A stretch of DNA of 64,000 bases from Turneriella sp. (GTDB lineage: Bacteria; Spirochaetota; Leptospiria; Turneriellales; Turneriellaceae), in contig CBDIID010000003.1 of assembly GCA_965279515.1 (NCBI GenBank), forward strand, positions 992,001 through 1,056,000. Direction: 5' to 3'. The notes below the pieces were generated by a model. It saw nothing but the letters and a program-made list of their open reading frames with translations. It did no database searches and was not told the origin of the DNA. How positions within the stretch are numbered: position 1 is the stretch's first letter; the number at the start of each line of letters is the position of its first letter. The position numbers and the translations under genes were made by a program. Positions 18,926 to 27,871 of the stretch are shown here, piece by piece.

Positions 18926-20395
18926 ATGCAAAACATCCTTAAGACCATGTCCCCTGCCAGCGAAATCGACAAGGCGGATTACAAGGCGCGTGAAGAGAAG
19001 ATTCGCCTGCGCCTGCTCGAGCTGCAAAAGGAACTTGCCGTCTCGAAAAAATCCGTGCTGATCCTGATGAACGGCGTCGAGGGTTCAGGCAAAGGCGAAA
19101 CCACGAAGAAGATACTCGAATGGGTCGACGCGCGCGGCGTCGAAACCACCGCCTTCTGGACTCCCGAAGCCGAAGATGCGGAATACCCGCAGCTTTGGCG
19201 TTTCTGGAACAAGCTGCCGCTGCGCGGGCGTATGGGAATTTTTTTCGGCTCGTGGTACACGCACCCGATCATCGCCCGGGTTTTTCGCCAAATGGACCGC
19301 GCGGGATTTTTACGCAGCCTTGAAGATATCTCGAAACTGGAAAAAATGCTGAGCGCCGAGGGGGTTATCCTCATTAAACTCTGGATGTACCTCTCGCCCG
19401 CCGACCAGAAAGAGCTCTTGCGCGTTGCGAAAAAAAAATCCACGACGCGCTGGCGTATCTCGGCAATCACTAAAAAATTCGCCCGGAAACGCAAACGTTT
19501 CCATAAGATCGATCTCGAAGCACTGACCGCAACGCATACCGCCGCCACGCCCTGGACACTTGTCGATGCGCGTTTTCCGCGCTACCGTGAAATTTTTGTC
19601 GGGGAAACCCTGTTGGCAAAATTCGAGAAAGCGCTCAGCACACCCAACCCCGAATATTCAGGCATCTGGATTCCCGCAAAAAAACCCTGCCTTGCCGCGC
19701 TCGACATGACACTGAAGCTCACTGACGCGGAGTATAAAGAGAAAGCGGAAAAATATTACGCCGAAATCGCACGCCTCACCGACCGCCTTTCAACGACGCA
19801 TAAAAGCGCGCTTTTTCTGTTTGAAGGCCCAGACGCGGCCGGCAAGGGCGGAGCGATCCGGCGCGTGATCTTCGGCATGGACCCGCGCCACTACCGCGTC
19901 AACGCGGTCTCGGCGCCCACCGACGTCGAAAAGGGGCATCCCTACCTCTGGCGGTTCTGGCAAAAAGTGCCGCCCGCAGGCAGGGTTACAATCTTCGACC
20001 GCTCGTGGTATGGCCGCGTACTCGTCGAGCGCATCGAAAAATTCTGCACCGAGGCTGAATGGCAGCGCGCCTTTGGCGAAATCAATGATTTTGAGAAAGC
20101 CCTCTATGATTCAGATACGGTCATCCGGAAATTTTATCTTTCAACTTCTTCCGAAGAGCAGCTCAACCGGTTCCGCGATCGCAAGGTAACACCGTACAAA
20201 CAATACAAACTGACCGAAGAAGACTGGCGCAACCGCGACAAGTGGGATGCCTACCAGGGCGCAGCGGATGATATGTTTGAGAATACATCGACCATGTTTG
20301 CACCGTGGGTTGTCGTTGAAGCCAACGACAAGAACTATGCCCGCCTTAAGGTACTGAAAAATGTGGTAGAAGCATTGGAAGAGGCGGTCGGTTAA
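18926..20395 (+). CDS. pap: Polyphosphate:AMP phosphotransferase (two-domain PPK2, class II)
   Basis: Tandem PPK2 domains: GVEGSGKG/FGSWY and EGPDAAGKG/FDRSWYGRV. Confidence 0.92.
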   Translation: MQNILKTMSPASEIDKADYKAREEKIRLRLLELQKELAVSKKSVLILMNGVEGSGKGETTKKILEWVDARGVETTAFWTPEAEDAEYPQLWRFWNKLPLRGRMGIFFGSWYTHPIIARVFRQMDRAGFLRSLEDISKLEKMLSAEGVILIKLWMYLSPADQKELLRVAKKKSTTRWRISAITKKFARKRKRFHKIDLEALTATHTAATPWTLVDARFPRYREIFVGETLLAKFEKALSTPNPEYSGIWIPAKKPCLAALDMTLKLTDAEYKEKAEKYYAEIARLTDRLSTTHKSALFLFEGPDAAGKGGAIRRVIFGMDPRHYRVNAVSAPTDVEKGHPYLWRFWQKVPPAGRVTIFDRSWYGRVLVERIEKFCTEAEWQRAFGEINDFEKALYDSDTVIRKFYLSTSSEEQLNRFRDRKVTPYKQYKLTEEDWRNRDKWDAYQGAADDMFENTSTMFAPWVVVEANDKNYARLKVLKNVVEALEEAVG

Positions 20396-20462
20396 TTTTC
20401 ACTCGGTTCGCCTACGCTCACCGAGCGAAAATCAATCGGTCACTGAGCGGAGCCGAAGTGAC
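20396..20462. repeat. REP-like inverted doublet between the convergent pap and gap genes
   Basis: TTCGCCTACGCTCA (20407-20420) is inverted relative to TGAGCGGAGCCGAA (20444-20457), 12/14 match; each unit is enclosed in its own stem. Confidence 0.65.
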
Positions 20463-20467
20463 GACGA

Positions 20468-21463
20468 TTAACCGACTAAGGCCGCGAGGTCGATCACGCG
20501 GGTGGAGTAACCCCACTCGTTATCATACCAGGTCAGCACGCGCACCATGTTGTCCTGGATCACCGCGGTCATTTGACCGTCGACAATAGACGACAGGGGA
20601 TTACCTTTAAAGTCATTGGAAACCAGCGGCAGGTCGGTGTAGCCGAGAATACCTTTGAGGGGACCTTCTGCCGCAGCTTTGAGCGCAGCGTTTACAGCCT
20701 CTTTTGTCGTATTCTTTTCCGTTTCGACGGTCAGGTCAACGACCGAAACGTCGGGGGTCGGCACACGGATCGAGATACCGTCGAGCTTGCCCTTGAGTTC
20801 AGGAATCACGAGCGAGAGCGCTTTTGCCGCGCCTGTCGAAGTCGGAATCATATTGAGAGCCGCAGCGCGTGCACGGCGGAGATCCTTATGGGGAAGATCC
20901 AGAATCTGCTGGTCGTTCGTATAGCTGTGAATCGTCGTCATCAGACCTTTTTTGATACCGAAATTTTCGAGGAGCACCTTGGCCACCGGCGCAAGGCAGT
21001 TGGTCGTGCATGAAGCGTTGGAGATGACCTTGTGCTTGGCTTTGTCGAAATTCTTTTCGTTCACACCGATGACGAATGTGCCGTCTTCGTTCGTTGCCGG
21101 CGCTGAGATAATAACCAATTTCGCACCACCCTTGTCGATGTGCGTCTTCGCCTGTGTGGCGTCGGTAAACCGGCCCGTCGATTCAATGACGATGTCACAG
21201 CCGAAAGACCCCCACTTTTGTTCGTCGAGCTTCGCGATGGCCGTCGCGTGGATTTTTTTGCCGTCGATGATGATGTGTTCTTTGTCGCTGGAAACTTCGT
21301 GGTTCCAGACGCCGAATACACTGTCGTATTTCAGCAGGTGGGCAAGGGTGCCGGTGTCTGTAAGGTCGTTCACCGCGACAATTTCTACGTCTTTGCGGCC
21401 CCAGGCGGCGCGGAATGCGTTGCGGCCGATGCGGCCAAAACCGTTAATACCAATTTTTACCAT
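20468..21463 (-). CDS. gap: Glyceraldehyde-3-phosphate dehydrogenase, type I
   Basis: GINGFGRIGR, SNASCTTNCLAP, WYDNEWGY. Confidence 0.99.
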   Translation of the reverse strand: MVKIGINGFGRIGRNAFRAAWGRKDVEIVAVNDLTDTGTLAHLLKYDSVFGVWNHEVSSDKEHIIIDGKKIHATAIAKLDEQKWGSFGCDIVIESTGRFTDATQAKTHIDKGGAKLVIISAPATNEDGTFVIGVNEKNFDKAKHKVISNASCTTNCLAPVAKVLLENFGIKKGLMTTIHSYTNDQQILDLPHKDLRRARAAALNMIPTSTGAAKALSLVIPELKGKLDGISIRVPTPDVSVVDLTVETEKNTTKEAVNAALKAAAEGPLKGILGYTDLPLVSNDFKGNPLSSIVDGQMTAVIQDNMVRVLTWYDNEWGYSTRVIDLAALVG

Positions 21464-21507
21464 AGGTTTGACTATAAATCAAAAACGCGCTGTCGAGGAG
21501 AAATGGC

Positions 21508-22281
21508 TCACCATTCGCCGAATCTGCCCCGGATGGTAATACCATCGGTGGCCTTGGTGCGTCGCTCTTTTCGCATCACCTGCTCTACATAGGTGAGCGA
21601 CATACCGTACTTTTTGGCGAGCTGTTTCGCGGTCGCGCCTTTGTTATATTCCACCGCGACTTTGCGCACAAGCTTGTCGGAGTACTTGGCGCGGGCATGG
21701 TTTTCACCGGATTTCATTTCCTGTGGCATGCCACGCATCTCAATGTGCCGCGGGTTGACGCACATTCCGTTGCCGCAGAGGTTAAAGGGCTTTGAACGGA
21801 AATTACGCCGCTTTCCGTTGGGGGGATTTTCCACGACATACTTACGGGCATCGACCACCAACCGGTGGCCGTGGATGGCGTTGACGGTGGTGAGCGCGGG
21901 CGCCCCGCCCTTGGTAGCCCCCTGCCAGTCGTGGCAGGCCGTCTTGACACCCGGTCGCACACGGCTGCCGACCTTCACGAACATATCAAAAACCGTATGC
22001 GCCCGTAACTTTGCCGGCCGCGGCATGCCGATTTCTTTTTGCAAAATGCGGTCCGCAATCTCGAGCAGAGTCAGCTTATCGGTCTTGTACTTTCCGGGGG
22101 CTTTGCGGATTAACTTCTGCATCAGCTCAATATTCACCCGCTGCAGACCTGGCTTCAGCGTATACGGTGAAGAATCGGAGCGGAAAAAACGCCTGTTTTT
22201 TTTCACAAATTTGCGGCTAACAATGCGTTTCTTCGCTGCCGGGGCACCTGTGCGCCTGGGCGCTGCTGGACGAATTCTCAT
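21508..22281 (-). CDS. Degenerate HNH/His-Cys homing-endonuclease-like protein with a C-terminal HTH and a basic N-terminus
   Basis: CHDWQG...LCGNGMCVNPRHI...GENHARAKYS...LAKKYGMS matches the phage HNH+HTH architecture, but the catalytic residues are altered. Confidence 0.75.
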   Translation of the reverse strand: MRIRPAAPRRTGAPAAKKRIVSRKFVKKNRRFFRSDSSPYTLKPGLQRVNIELMQKLIRKAPGKYKTDKLTLLEIADRILQKEIGMPRPAKLRAHTVFDMFVKVGSRVRPGVKTACHDWQGATKGGAPALTTVNAIHGHRLVVDARKYVVENPPNGKRRNFRSKPFNLCGNGMCVNPRHIEMRGMPQEMKSGENHARAKYSDKLVRKVAVEYNKGATAKQLAKKYGMSLTYVEQVMRKERRTKATDGITIRGRFGEW

Positions 22282-22291
22282 GGCTTAAAGA

Positions 22292-24169
22292 CTAATACAT
22301 GCTCTCGATAAGTTTTGCATACTTATCGGCGATCACATTGCGCTTCATCTTAAAGAGGTTCGTAATTTCGTCGCCCACTTCCATGGCCTTAGGGAGAAAA
22401 CGGAAATCAGAAACGCGCTCAAAACCTTTGAAGCCGTTTTCGGACGAAACCTGTTTCTTAACGATACGGTTGAAGTGATCGACGAGTTCTTTGTTTTTAT
22501 TGAGATCTGATTTCGGGTCGGCAGTGATCGAAGCGATCTCTTTGACCTTTTCGAGATTCGGCCAGATAAGCGCAGTGAGCGTTTTTTTATCCTGGCCCAC
22601 GACAATCACCTGGTTGATCTGCGCATCTTCGAGCAGCTTGTTTTCGATCGGCACCGGCTCGACGTTTTCACCGCCGAGAAGCACAATGGTATCTTTCGCG
22701 CGACCACGGATAGAGAGCGTGTTGTTGTAGCTGAAAAAACCCAGGTCGCCGGTATTCAACCAGCCGTCGACGTTGATTGTCTTCGCGGTCGCCTCTTCGT
22801 TCTTATAATATCCCTTCATCACCTGCGGACCGCGCACATGGATCACACCGATCTGGCCGGTTTTCACCCGTTCGCCCTTATCGTTGAGGATCGCCACTTC
22901 AGTGCCATTCGGCACGAAACCGACGCTGCCTTGCACGATCTTGCCTTCTGTGCGCACGGAAATGATCGGCGCGCACTCGGTCATACCATAACCTTCATAG
23001 ACAGGAATCCCAATCACATTAAAAAACTCATCGACGTGTGCCGGCAGGGCGCCGCCGCCGGAGATACTGCCGCGGAAACGGCCACCCATCGCCTCGCGGA
23101 TCTTACCGAATACCACGCTGTCAGCAACACGCGATGGCAGGTAGAGGTTAGCCGCCACAAACGCGGAGCTCAAAGTCTTCGTCATGCGCTCGAAGTCAGA
23201 CTCAGGCTGCATCGCCAGTTCGTTGCCGGCGAGGTAATCCACGGCTTTTTTATATGCCTTGTTGATCGTATAGGCCGCTTCAAAGAGCATCTTGCGCGCC
23301 GGCTCTGATTTTTCAATGCGCTGCTGAATACCCTGGTAAAGGCTTTCCCACAGGCGGGGTGCAGAGGGCATGAAGGTCGGTTTTACCTTGGCAAAATCAT
23401 CGCGCACATCGCGCACGTTGGTATAATAAATCGGGATGCCCTTCGCAATGGCGCCGTAATCTACCGCACGCTCAAAAATATGCCATACTGGAAGCAGCGA
23501 TAACATGCTATCATCGGGGCGCAGGCCGATCGCTTTGGGCACTTCGTTAATGTTATAGACCATGTTGCCGTGTGACAGCATCACACCTTTGGGCATACCC
23601 GTTGTGCCCGAGGTATAGATGATCGTGAAGAGATCGTCGGGCTTGACCGACGCGCTGCGCTTTTTGAGGTCTGCGAGCTTTTTGTCGCGCAGCGACGCTC
23701 CCTGATCGAGCAGTTGCTGCAGGGGCAGAATCTTATCGGTCGCTCCCTTAAATTTCGGATCGAGAACGATGATGGTTTCTACACCCGTATCGGCGATCAC
23801 CGACTGGAGTTTTTTCAGCGTCGCATCGTTTTCGACGATGCAGATCTTACAATCAGCATGCGACATAATATATTTGATCTCATCGGTCGTCACATCTGTG
23901 CCGCGCGGAACATTGGCAGCGCCGGCTAAAAGACAGGCCATGTCAGCAGTAATCCATTCAACGCGGTTATCGGCGAGTTGACCGATACGGTCGCCGTTTT
24001 TGACGCCCATTTCTATCAGGGCGATCGCCGTATTCTCGGCGTTACGCAGTGCATCGCCGTAGGTCGTACCGACAAAATCCTTTTTGTCGTTCTTGCTATA
24101 GAACATCTTCTTGCTCCCGTACATTTCGCCGGCCTGATAGAAGATTTCGTTAATGGTGTTGTAAGACAT
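22292..24169 (-). CDS. fadD: Long-chain fatty acid-CoA ligase (AMP-binding)
   Basis: YTSGTTGMPKG, EGYGMTE, TGDLG, GRAKDTIVLLGGENVEP. Confidence 0.92.
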   Translation of the reverse strand: MSYNTINEIFYQAGEMYGSKKMFYSKNDKKDFVGTTYGDALRNAENTAIALIEMGVKNGDRIGQLADNRVEWITADMACLLAGAANVPRGTDVTTDEIKYIMSHADCKICIVENDATLKKLQSVIADTGVETIIVLDPKFKGATDKILPLQQLLDQGASLRDKKLADLKKRSASVKPDDLFTIIYTSGTTGMPKGVMLSHGNMVYNINEVPKAIGLRPDDSMLSLLPVWHIFERAVDYGAIAKGIPIYYTNVRDVRDDFAKVKPTFMPSAPRLWESLYQGIQQRIEKSEPARKMLFEAAYTINKAYKKAVDYLAGNELAMQPESDFERMTKTLSSAFVAANLYLPSRVADSVVFGKIREAMGGRFRGSISGGGALPAHVDEFFNVIGIPVYEGYGMTECAPIISVRTEGKIVQGSVGFVPNGTEVAILNDKGERVKTGQIGVIHVRGPQVMKGYYKNEEATAKTINVDGWLNTGDLGFFSYNNTLSIRGRAKDTIVLLGGENVEPVPIENKLLEDAQINQVIVVGQDKKTLTALIWPNLEKVKEIASITADPKSDLNKNKELVDHFNRIVKKQVSSENGFKGFERVSDFRFLPKAMEVGDEITNLFKMKRNVIADKYAKLIESMY

Positions 24170-24187
24170 GCGGGATGTATGTGGTTT

Positions 24188-24231
24188 AAAACGCCGCGGT
24201 CAAGCAATGTTCGCGGCGGGTTTGTTTTTTT
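24188..24231. terminator. Probable intrinsic terminator, possibly bidirectional
   Basis: CGCCGCG...CGCGGCG stem with T-tracts on both strands, directly after the stop of 24233-24850. Confidence 0.5.
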
Positions 24232-24232
24232 C

Positions 24233-24850
24233 TTACCGGCTTTTTTGGCTTTCAGTCTTTTGTATTACCTTCACGCCACCAGTCCTCTGAATAATCACCT
24301 CGGTCGGGTATGCGCCGTTGGGCATAAATCCGCGCACAAAACGCAAAACCAAACCCTGGCTCTCATTCCTGAGCGTAGGCGCCTCCAGGTGCGACAGATT
24401 CATGACCACAGCCTCGAACTGCGCATAGTCGAGCACGCGCATGAAGTCGTCTACGTCGGGCTCCGCTTTGAGCCAGCCCTGCGCGCGGACGAAATCCGCA
24501 AAATCACGCTCGCCGTGAATGCCATAGCTTATCGCCGTCTTATCGACAACCGCGCTCATCACCCCCGTGCCCGGATAAGCACCGGGAAAATATGCACGCA
24601 CGAGCAGCGTCTGGAAGGGGCCTTCGCGCACCTCGGATTTGATTTCACCTTTATACTTGGCGGCAACCTCTTGCTCGAGGCGTTTCTGCAATTTTTCCGC
24701 CGCCCACATCTGTTCTTTAGTGATTTCCGGGCCCGGGCGCACTTTACCCATGAGCGGTGGCGGTTTCATATGCACCGGCGGTTTCTGCGCACGCAGGGAG
24801 AAAAACAAGACCCCGCCGATCAGCAATATCGTTTTACGCATAGCAGGCAA
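24233..24850 (-). CDS. Exported hypothetical protein
   Basis: Signal peptide, Pro-rich N-terminus, fills the gap between genes. Confidence 0.65.
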   Translation of the reverse strand: MPAMRKTILLIGGVLFFSLRAQKPPVHMKPPPLMGKVRPGPEITKEQMWAAEKLQKRLEQEVAAKYKGEIKSEVREGPFQTLLVRAYFPGAYPGTGVMSAVVDKTAISYGIHGERDFADFVRAQGWLKAEPDVDDFMRVLDYAQFEAVVMNLSHLEAPTLRNESQGLVLRFVRGFMPNGAYPTEVIIQRTGGVKVIQKTESQKSR

Positions 24851-24879
24851 TTAACACCGTGCGCCGAGAGCCGTTGTAA

Positions 24880-25365
24880 ATGGAAAAATCCTCACTACCC
24901 TACAGGCCGAATGTCGGCATCGTTGTTTTTAACAGCGAGGGATTAACCCTTTTGGGTGAACGCCTCGATCACCTGGGAGCCTGGCAATACCCGCAGGGCG
25001 GCGTCGACCCGGGTGAGGATTTCCCGACCGCGGCAAAACGCGAGCTCGCTGAAGAGACCGGCATTACAGACGCAGAGTTTATTTTTGAAACGACGGATTT
25101 TCTCTACTACGACTTTCCCGCAAGCCTCACGATACCGCGCATGACCGACCGTTACCGCGGGCAAAAACAGAAATGGTATCTCGCCTGGTGGGATTTCCCC
25201 GTCGAGCGAGCCAACCTCAAAACGCATACGCAGGAATTCGGCCGCGTCATGTTCATGCCGATGGCAGAGGCGACGAACCAGATTGTGCCTTTTAAACGCG
25301 ATATCTATGCCGAACTCGAGCGCCAGTTTCTGCCACGCATGCATGATTTTATCCGTTCGCGTTAA
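24880..25365 (+). CDS. rppH: RNA pyrophosphohydrolase (Nudix)
   Basis: YRPNVGI, WQYPQGG...RELAEETG, YRGQKQKW, VPFKRDIY. Confidence 0.95.
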   Translation: MEKSSLPYRPNVGIVVFNSEGLTLLGERLDHLGAWQYPQGGVDPGEDFPTAAKRELAEETGITDAEFIFETTDFLYYDFPASLTIPRMTDRYRGQKQKWYLAWWDFPVERANLKTHTQEFGRVMFMPMAEATNQIVPFKRDIYAELERQFLPRMHDFIRSR

Positions 25366-25624
25366 ACCCGGCTCCAAAAAACCGGGGATAATAATCGCCG
25401 CAGACGGTGTCGTCGTTGTGAAAGTTGCGGCGCGGCCTGTGGAGGGCAAGGCGAACGCTGCGGTGATTCAGGCGCTCGCTGAGATGATTAAGATTGCACC
25501 TTCACAGATAAAACTCGTGGGCGGTGACAAAAGTAAAACGAAACGGTTTGAGATTCCCGACGCCCACCTTTCTGCGGCGATTAATTTTTCAGAGCTAGTT
25601 CGCTCTTACTCAGGCGCGAGCTGA
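25343..25624 (+). CDS. DUF167/YggU family protein
   Basis: VRVKPGSK...PVEGKANAA...GDKSKTK; ATG 25343 overlaps the end of rppH. Confidence 0.88.
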   Translation: MILSVRVKPGSKKPGIIIAADGVVVVKVAARPVEGKANAAVIQALAEMIKIAPSQIKLVGGDKSKTKRFEIPDAHLSAAINFSELVRSYSGAS

Positions 25625-26096
25625 CTTTGTGCAGTGTACGGTAGAGCGCGTGCATCTCGTCGCCACCGAGCACTTCACTGACCTGTTGCTGCGCTTCAGT
25701 CCAGAGCGGAAAAGCCTTATCGAGCACCGTTCTGCCCTTTTTAGTCAGCTGCAATAATCTCTGGCGCTTGTCCTCCCCTGCAGTAAGTTCAATCAGCTTG
25801 TCGCGCAAGAGCGGCTTCATATTTTTCGTCAGCGTCGTGCGGTCCATCACGAGAAATTGCGCCAGCGCACTCATGCTGTGTTTGGGATAATAAGCCAGGG
25901 CTATCAGGACAGAAAACTGCGTTGAGGTAATGCCAGTCGAAGCGAGATTGCGGTCATAAATCGCCGTCACCGCGCGCGCGGCCTTGCGCAGGTTAAAATT
26001 GATGCAAGAAAGCCCCGCACGCTTTAAGTCACCCCGTTCCACGGTATATCCTTCCCCGGGCGATGGCGGCGTAAAGCGTGATAGGGTTTGCGTCAT
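25581..26096 (-). CDS. MarR-family regulator (BadR-like, with an N-terminal Cys)
   Basis: CINFNLRKAARAVTAIYD, MDRTTLT, DKRQRLLQLTKKG. Confidence 0.93.
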   Translation of the reverse strand: MTQTLSRFTPPSPGEGYTVERGDLKRAGLSCINFNLRKAARAVTAIYDRNLASTGITSTQFSVLIALAYYPKHSMSALAQFLVMDRTTLTKNMKPLLRDKLIELTAGEDKRQRLLQLTKKGRTVLDKAFPLWTEAQQQVSEVLGGDEMHALYRTLHKVSSRLSKSELALKN

Positions 26097-26611
26097 ACAG
26101 CCAGAACTTCCTCCCGCTTGCGGAATTGTTTCTGCAGAGCGCGTACACGCAGCGTAAAATCCTCACTCGCCCACTCGAAATTGGGAATAACCAGGGACTT
26201 CAGGAATCCATCCAATTCGGGGTCATGCTTCACAGGCCGCCCTTTCGCGACGTTGACGTAGACAAATTCAACCCAGGCGATCGCGTGGATTTTCAGTCCG
26301 TCGCTGCTCAGCATCACCGCCTCGGGGACGATGCGGAAATTGTCGGCGTGGAGTAACCGTGTCTGTATGCGCACCGTTTCGTTATAACGCGCAGGCATCA
26401 GGTAGCTGATATGGGTCGTGCCGACGACCCAGCCGTTTCCGGTTTTCGTGGTATGCTCATAGATGTCAAAACCGTAGGCCTGTTTCAGTTGCTGCGTGCG
26501 CGCGTTCATGATATAGTTCAGGTATTTTACGTTATTCAGGTGACCGAACGGGTCACAGTCCTGGAAGTCGATCCAGGCTGTGGATTCGGGCTCTAAGTTC
26601 AGTTTAGTCAT
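26093..26611 (-). CDS. Acyl-CoA thioesterase (4HBT/hot-dog fold)
   Basis: DCDPFGHLNNVKY; 4-nt overlap with the marR gene. Confidence 0.92.
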   Translation of the reverse strand: MTKLNLEPESTAWIDFQDCDPFGHLNNVKYLNYIMNARTQQLKQAYGFDIYEHTTKTGNGWVVGTTHISYLMPARYNETVRIQTRLLHADNFRIVPEAVMLSSDGLKIHAIAWVEFVYVNVAKGRPVKHDPELDGFLKSLVIPNFEWASEDFTLRVRALQKQFRKREEVLAV

Positions 26612-26626
26612 TCATCCTCCCGCACA

Positions 26627-26672
26627 TAAGTGCATATGCACTTAAATTATGTGCATATGCACTATTTGGCAA
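26627..26672 (-). promoter_or_regulatory. Sigma70 promoter with a double palindromic operator for the thioesterase-marR operon
   Basis: TTGCCA (26672-26667)-17-TAATTT (26649-26644); perfect palindrome TAAGTGCATATGCACTTA at 26627-26644 and GTGCATATGCAC at 26651-26662. Confidence 0.85.
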
Positions 26673-26860
26673 CTTTTTTTAGCGAACTTGTCAGGCCTCC
26701 GGCTCGGGATCATTTGCGATTGACCCCCGGCCAAGACTCCCCGGCCCTGTGCGACCGATTCCAGAGGCCAACAATGGTAACAACATCTATACCGGTAAGC
26801 CTATCCCTCTAGCCAACGCTGTAAGCTGGTAACCGGAAAACAACGTCTTAGGAGAAAGTT

Positions 26861-27235
26861 ATGAAGAAGAATGTATTGATGCTGGGCGCCCTCGCGCTTA
26901 CGGCTGTGATGACTCTCAATTGCAAAAAGGGCGCAGGTGAACTGACGGCAGCCGCCGGCGAATACCTGACTATACTGGAAAATGCAGCAACGACCATGGA
27001 AAAGGCAGCCGACGGAAAAGAAGCGGCAGCGGCGATGCTCGCGGCGCATGCTGCAACGACACCTATGGAAAAGAAATTTCCACAACTCAAGGACATCGAC
27101 AAGGCGCCCGAACTGGCTTCTGTCATGCCGCGCTACACTGCGGTGAAAACGCGCATGGAAACTGTCATGACAAAATTTCTGACTAGCCCTGAATTCGTCG
27201 AAGCGATGCAGAAAATCTCAACTGTAGAGAAATAA
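26861..27235 (+). CDS. Small helical lipoprotein
   Basis: AGGAGA SD; lipobox TLNC. Confidence 0.85.
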   Translation: MKKNVLMLGALALTAVMTLNCKKGAGELTAAAGEYLTILENAATTMEKAADGKEAAAAMLAAHAATTPMEKKFPQLKDIDKAPELASVMPRYTAVKTRMETVMTKFLTSPEFVEAMQKISTVEK

Positions 27236-27241
27236 GCTGCA

Positions 27242-27823
27242 TTAAAAAACCGGCGGGATAAACGGCAGCATATTCAGGCTGTCGCGCGTCAGGTGAATCT
27301 TTTCACCCGATGCCTCCCCTGGTTCTTTTTTTCCCGCCGCCGCATTCTGACTTTTGCGGTACTCGGCAATCTGCCGTACCACATCGGCAGCCATCACATC
27401 GATATCCTTAAAGATCGCACCGGAAACCAAAGCCTTCCTGTTTAGATTGCCGATTGCGGCGCCTTTATCAGCCCTGAAAACTGTCACCGAAATATCGGCG
27501 GTATCGCCTTTTTTTCCGGGTGTTGTCTTAAAGAAGCCGTAGATGATGAGGTCGGCGTCGATTGCCAGCGCATGCGCACGCAGGTCAGCGATCTCCATGA
27601 CGCCGTCTTTCTTTTCGAGGCTGACGGCGAGATCCGCTGATTTTTCCGCCGGGATAGGCTCATAGACAAACTGTTTATCCATCGAACTCTGTGCCGCGTC
27701 GGTCAGGCTGGCGCTGACACCCAGGTAGCCGTCCATAATGGCGTAGAGATTCGCGCCGCAGAAAACTAACATAAGAGACAGGGGAATTCGGAGAAAACGA
27801 GGTTTCAGAAAATCGGCAAACAT
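27242..27823 (-). CDS. Exported hypothetical protein, TolB-N/CsgG-like alpha-beta domain
   Basis: Signal peptide; ADLIIYGFF...ISVTVF pattern. Confidence 0.55.
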   Translation of the reverse strand: MFADFLKPRFLRIPLSLMLVFCGANLYAIMDGYLGVSASLTDAAQSSMDKQFVYEPIPAEKSADLAVSLEKKDGVMEIADLRAHALAIDADLIIYGFFKTTPGKKGDTADISVTVFRADKGAAIGNLNRKALVSGAIFKDIDVMAADVVRQIAEYRKSQNAAAGKKEPGEASGEKIHLTRDSLNMLPFIPPVF

Positions 27824-27871
27824 ACGGTAGACAGGCCCACCGCTGCCCGCCCCGATCAGGGGAAAAGAACT

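Noticed and set aside
21508..22281. Prophage remnant or group I intron around the HNH-like gene
   Set aside because: The flanking fadD and gap genes are intact, the spacers are only 10 and 44 nt, and no other phage genes or att sites are seen.
27242..27823. Possible internal deletion or pseudogene (the domain seems to start abruptly after the signal peptide)
   Set aside because: The frame is intact, and the suspicion cannot be tested without an alignment to paralogues.
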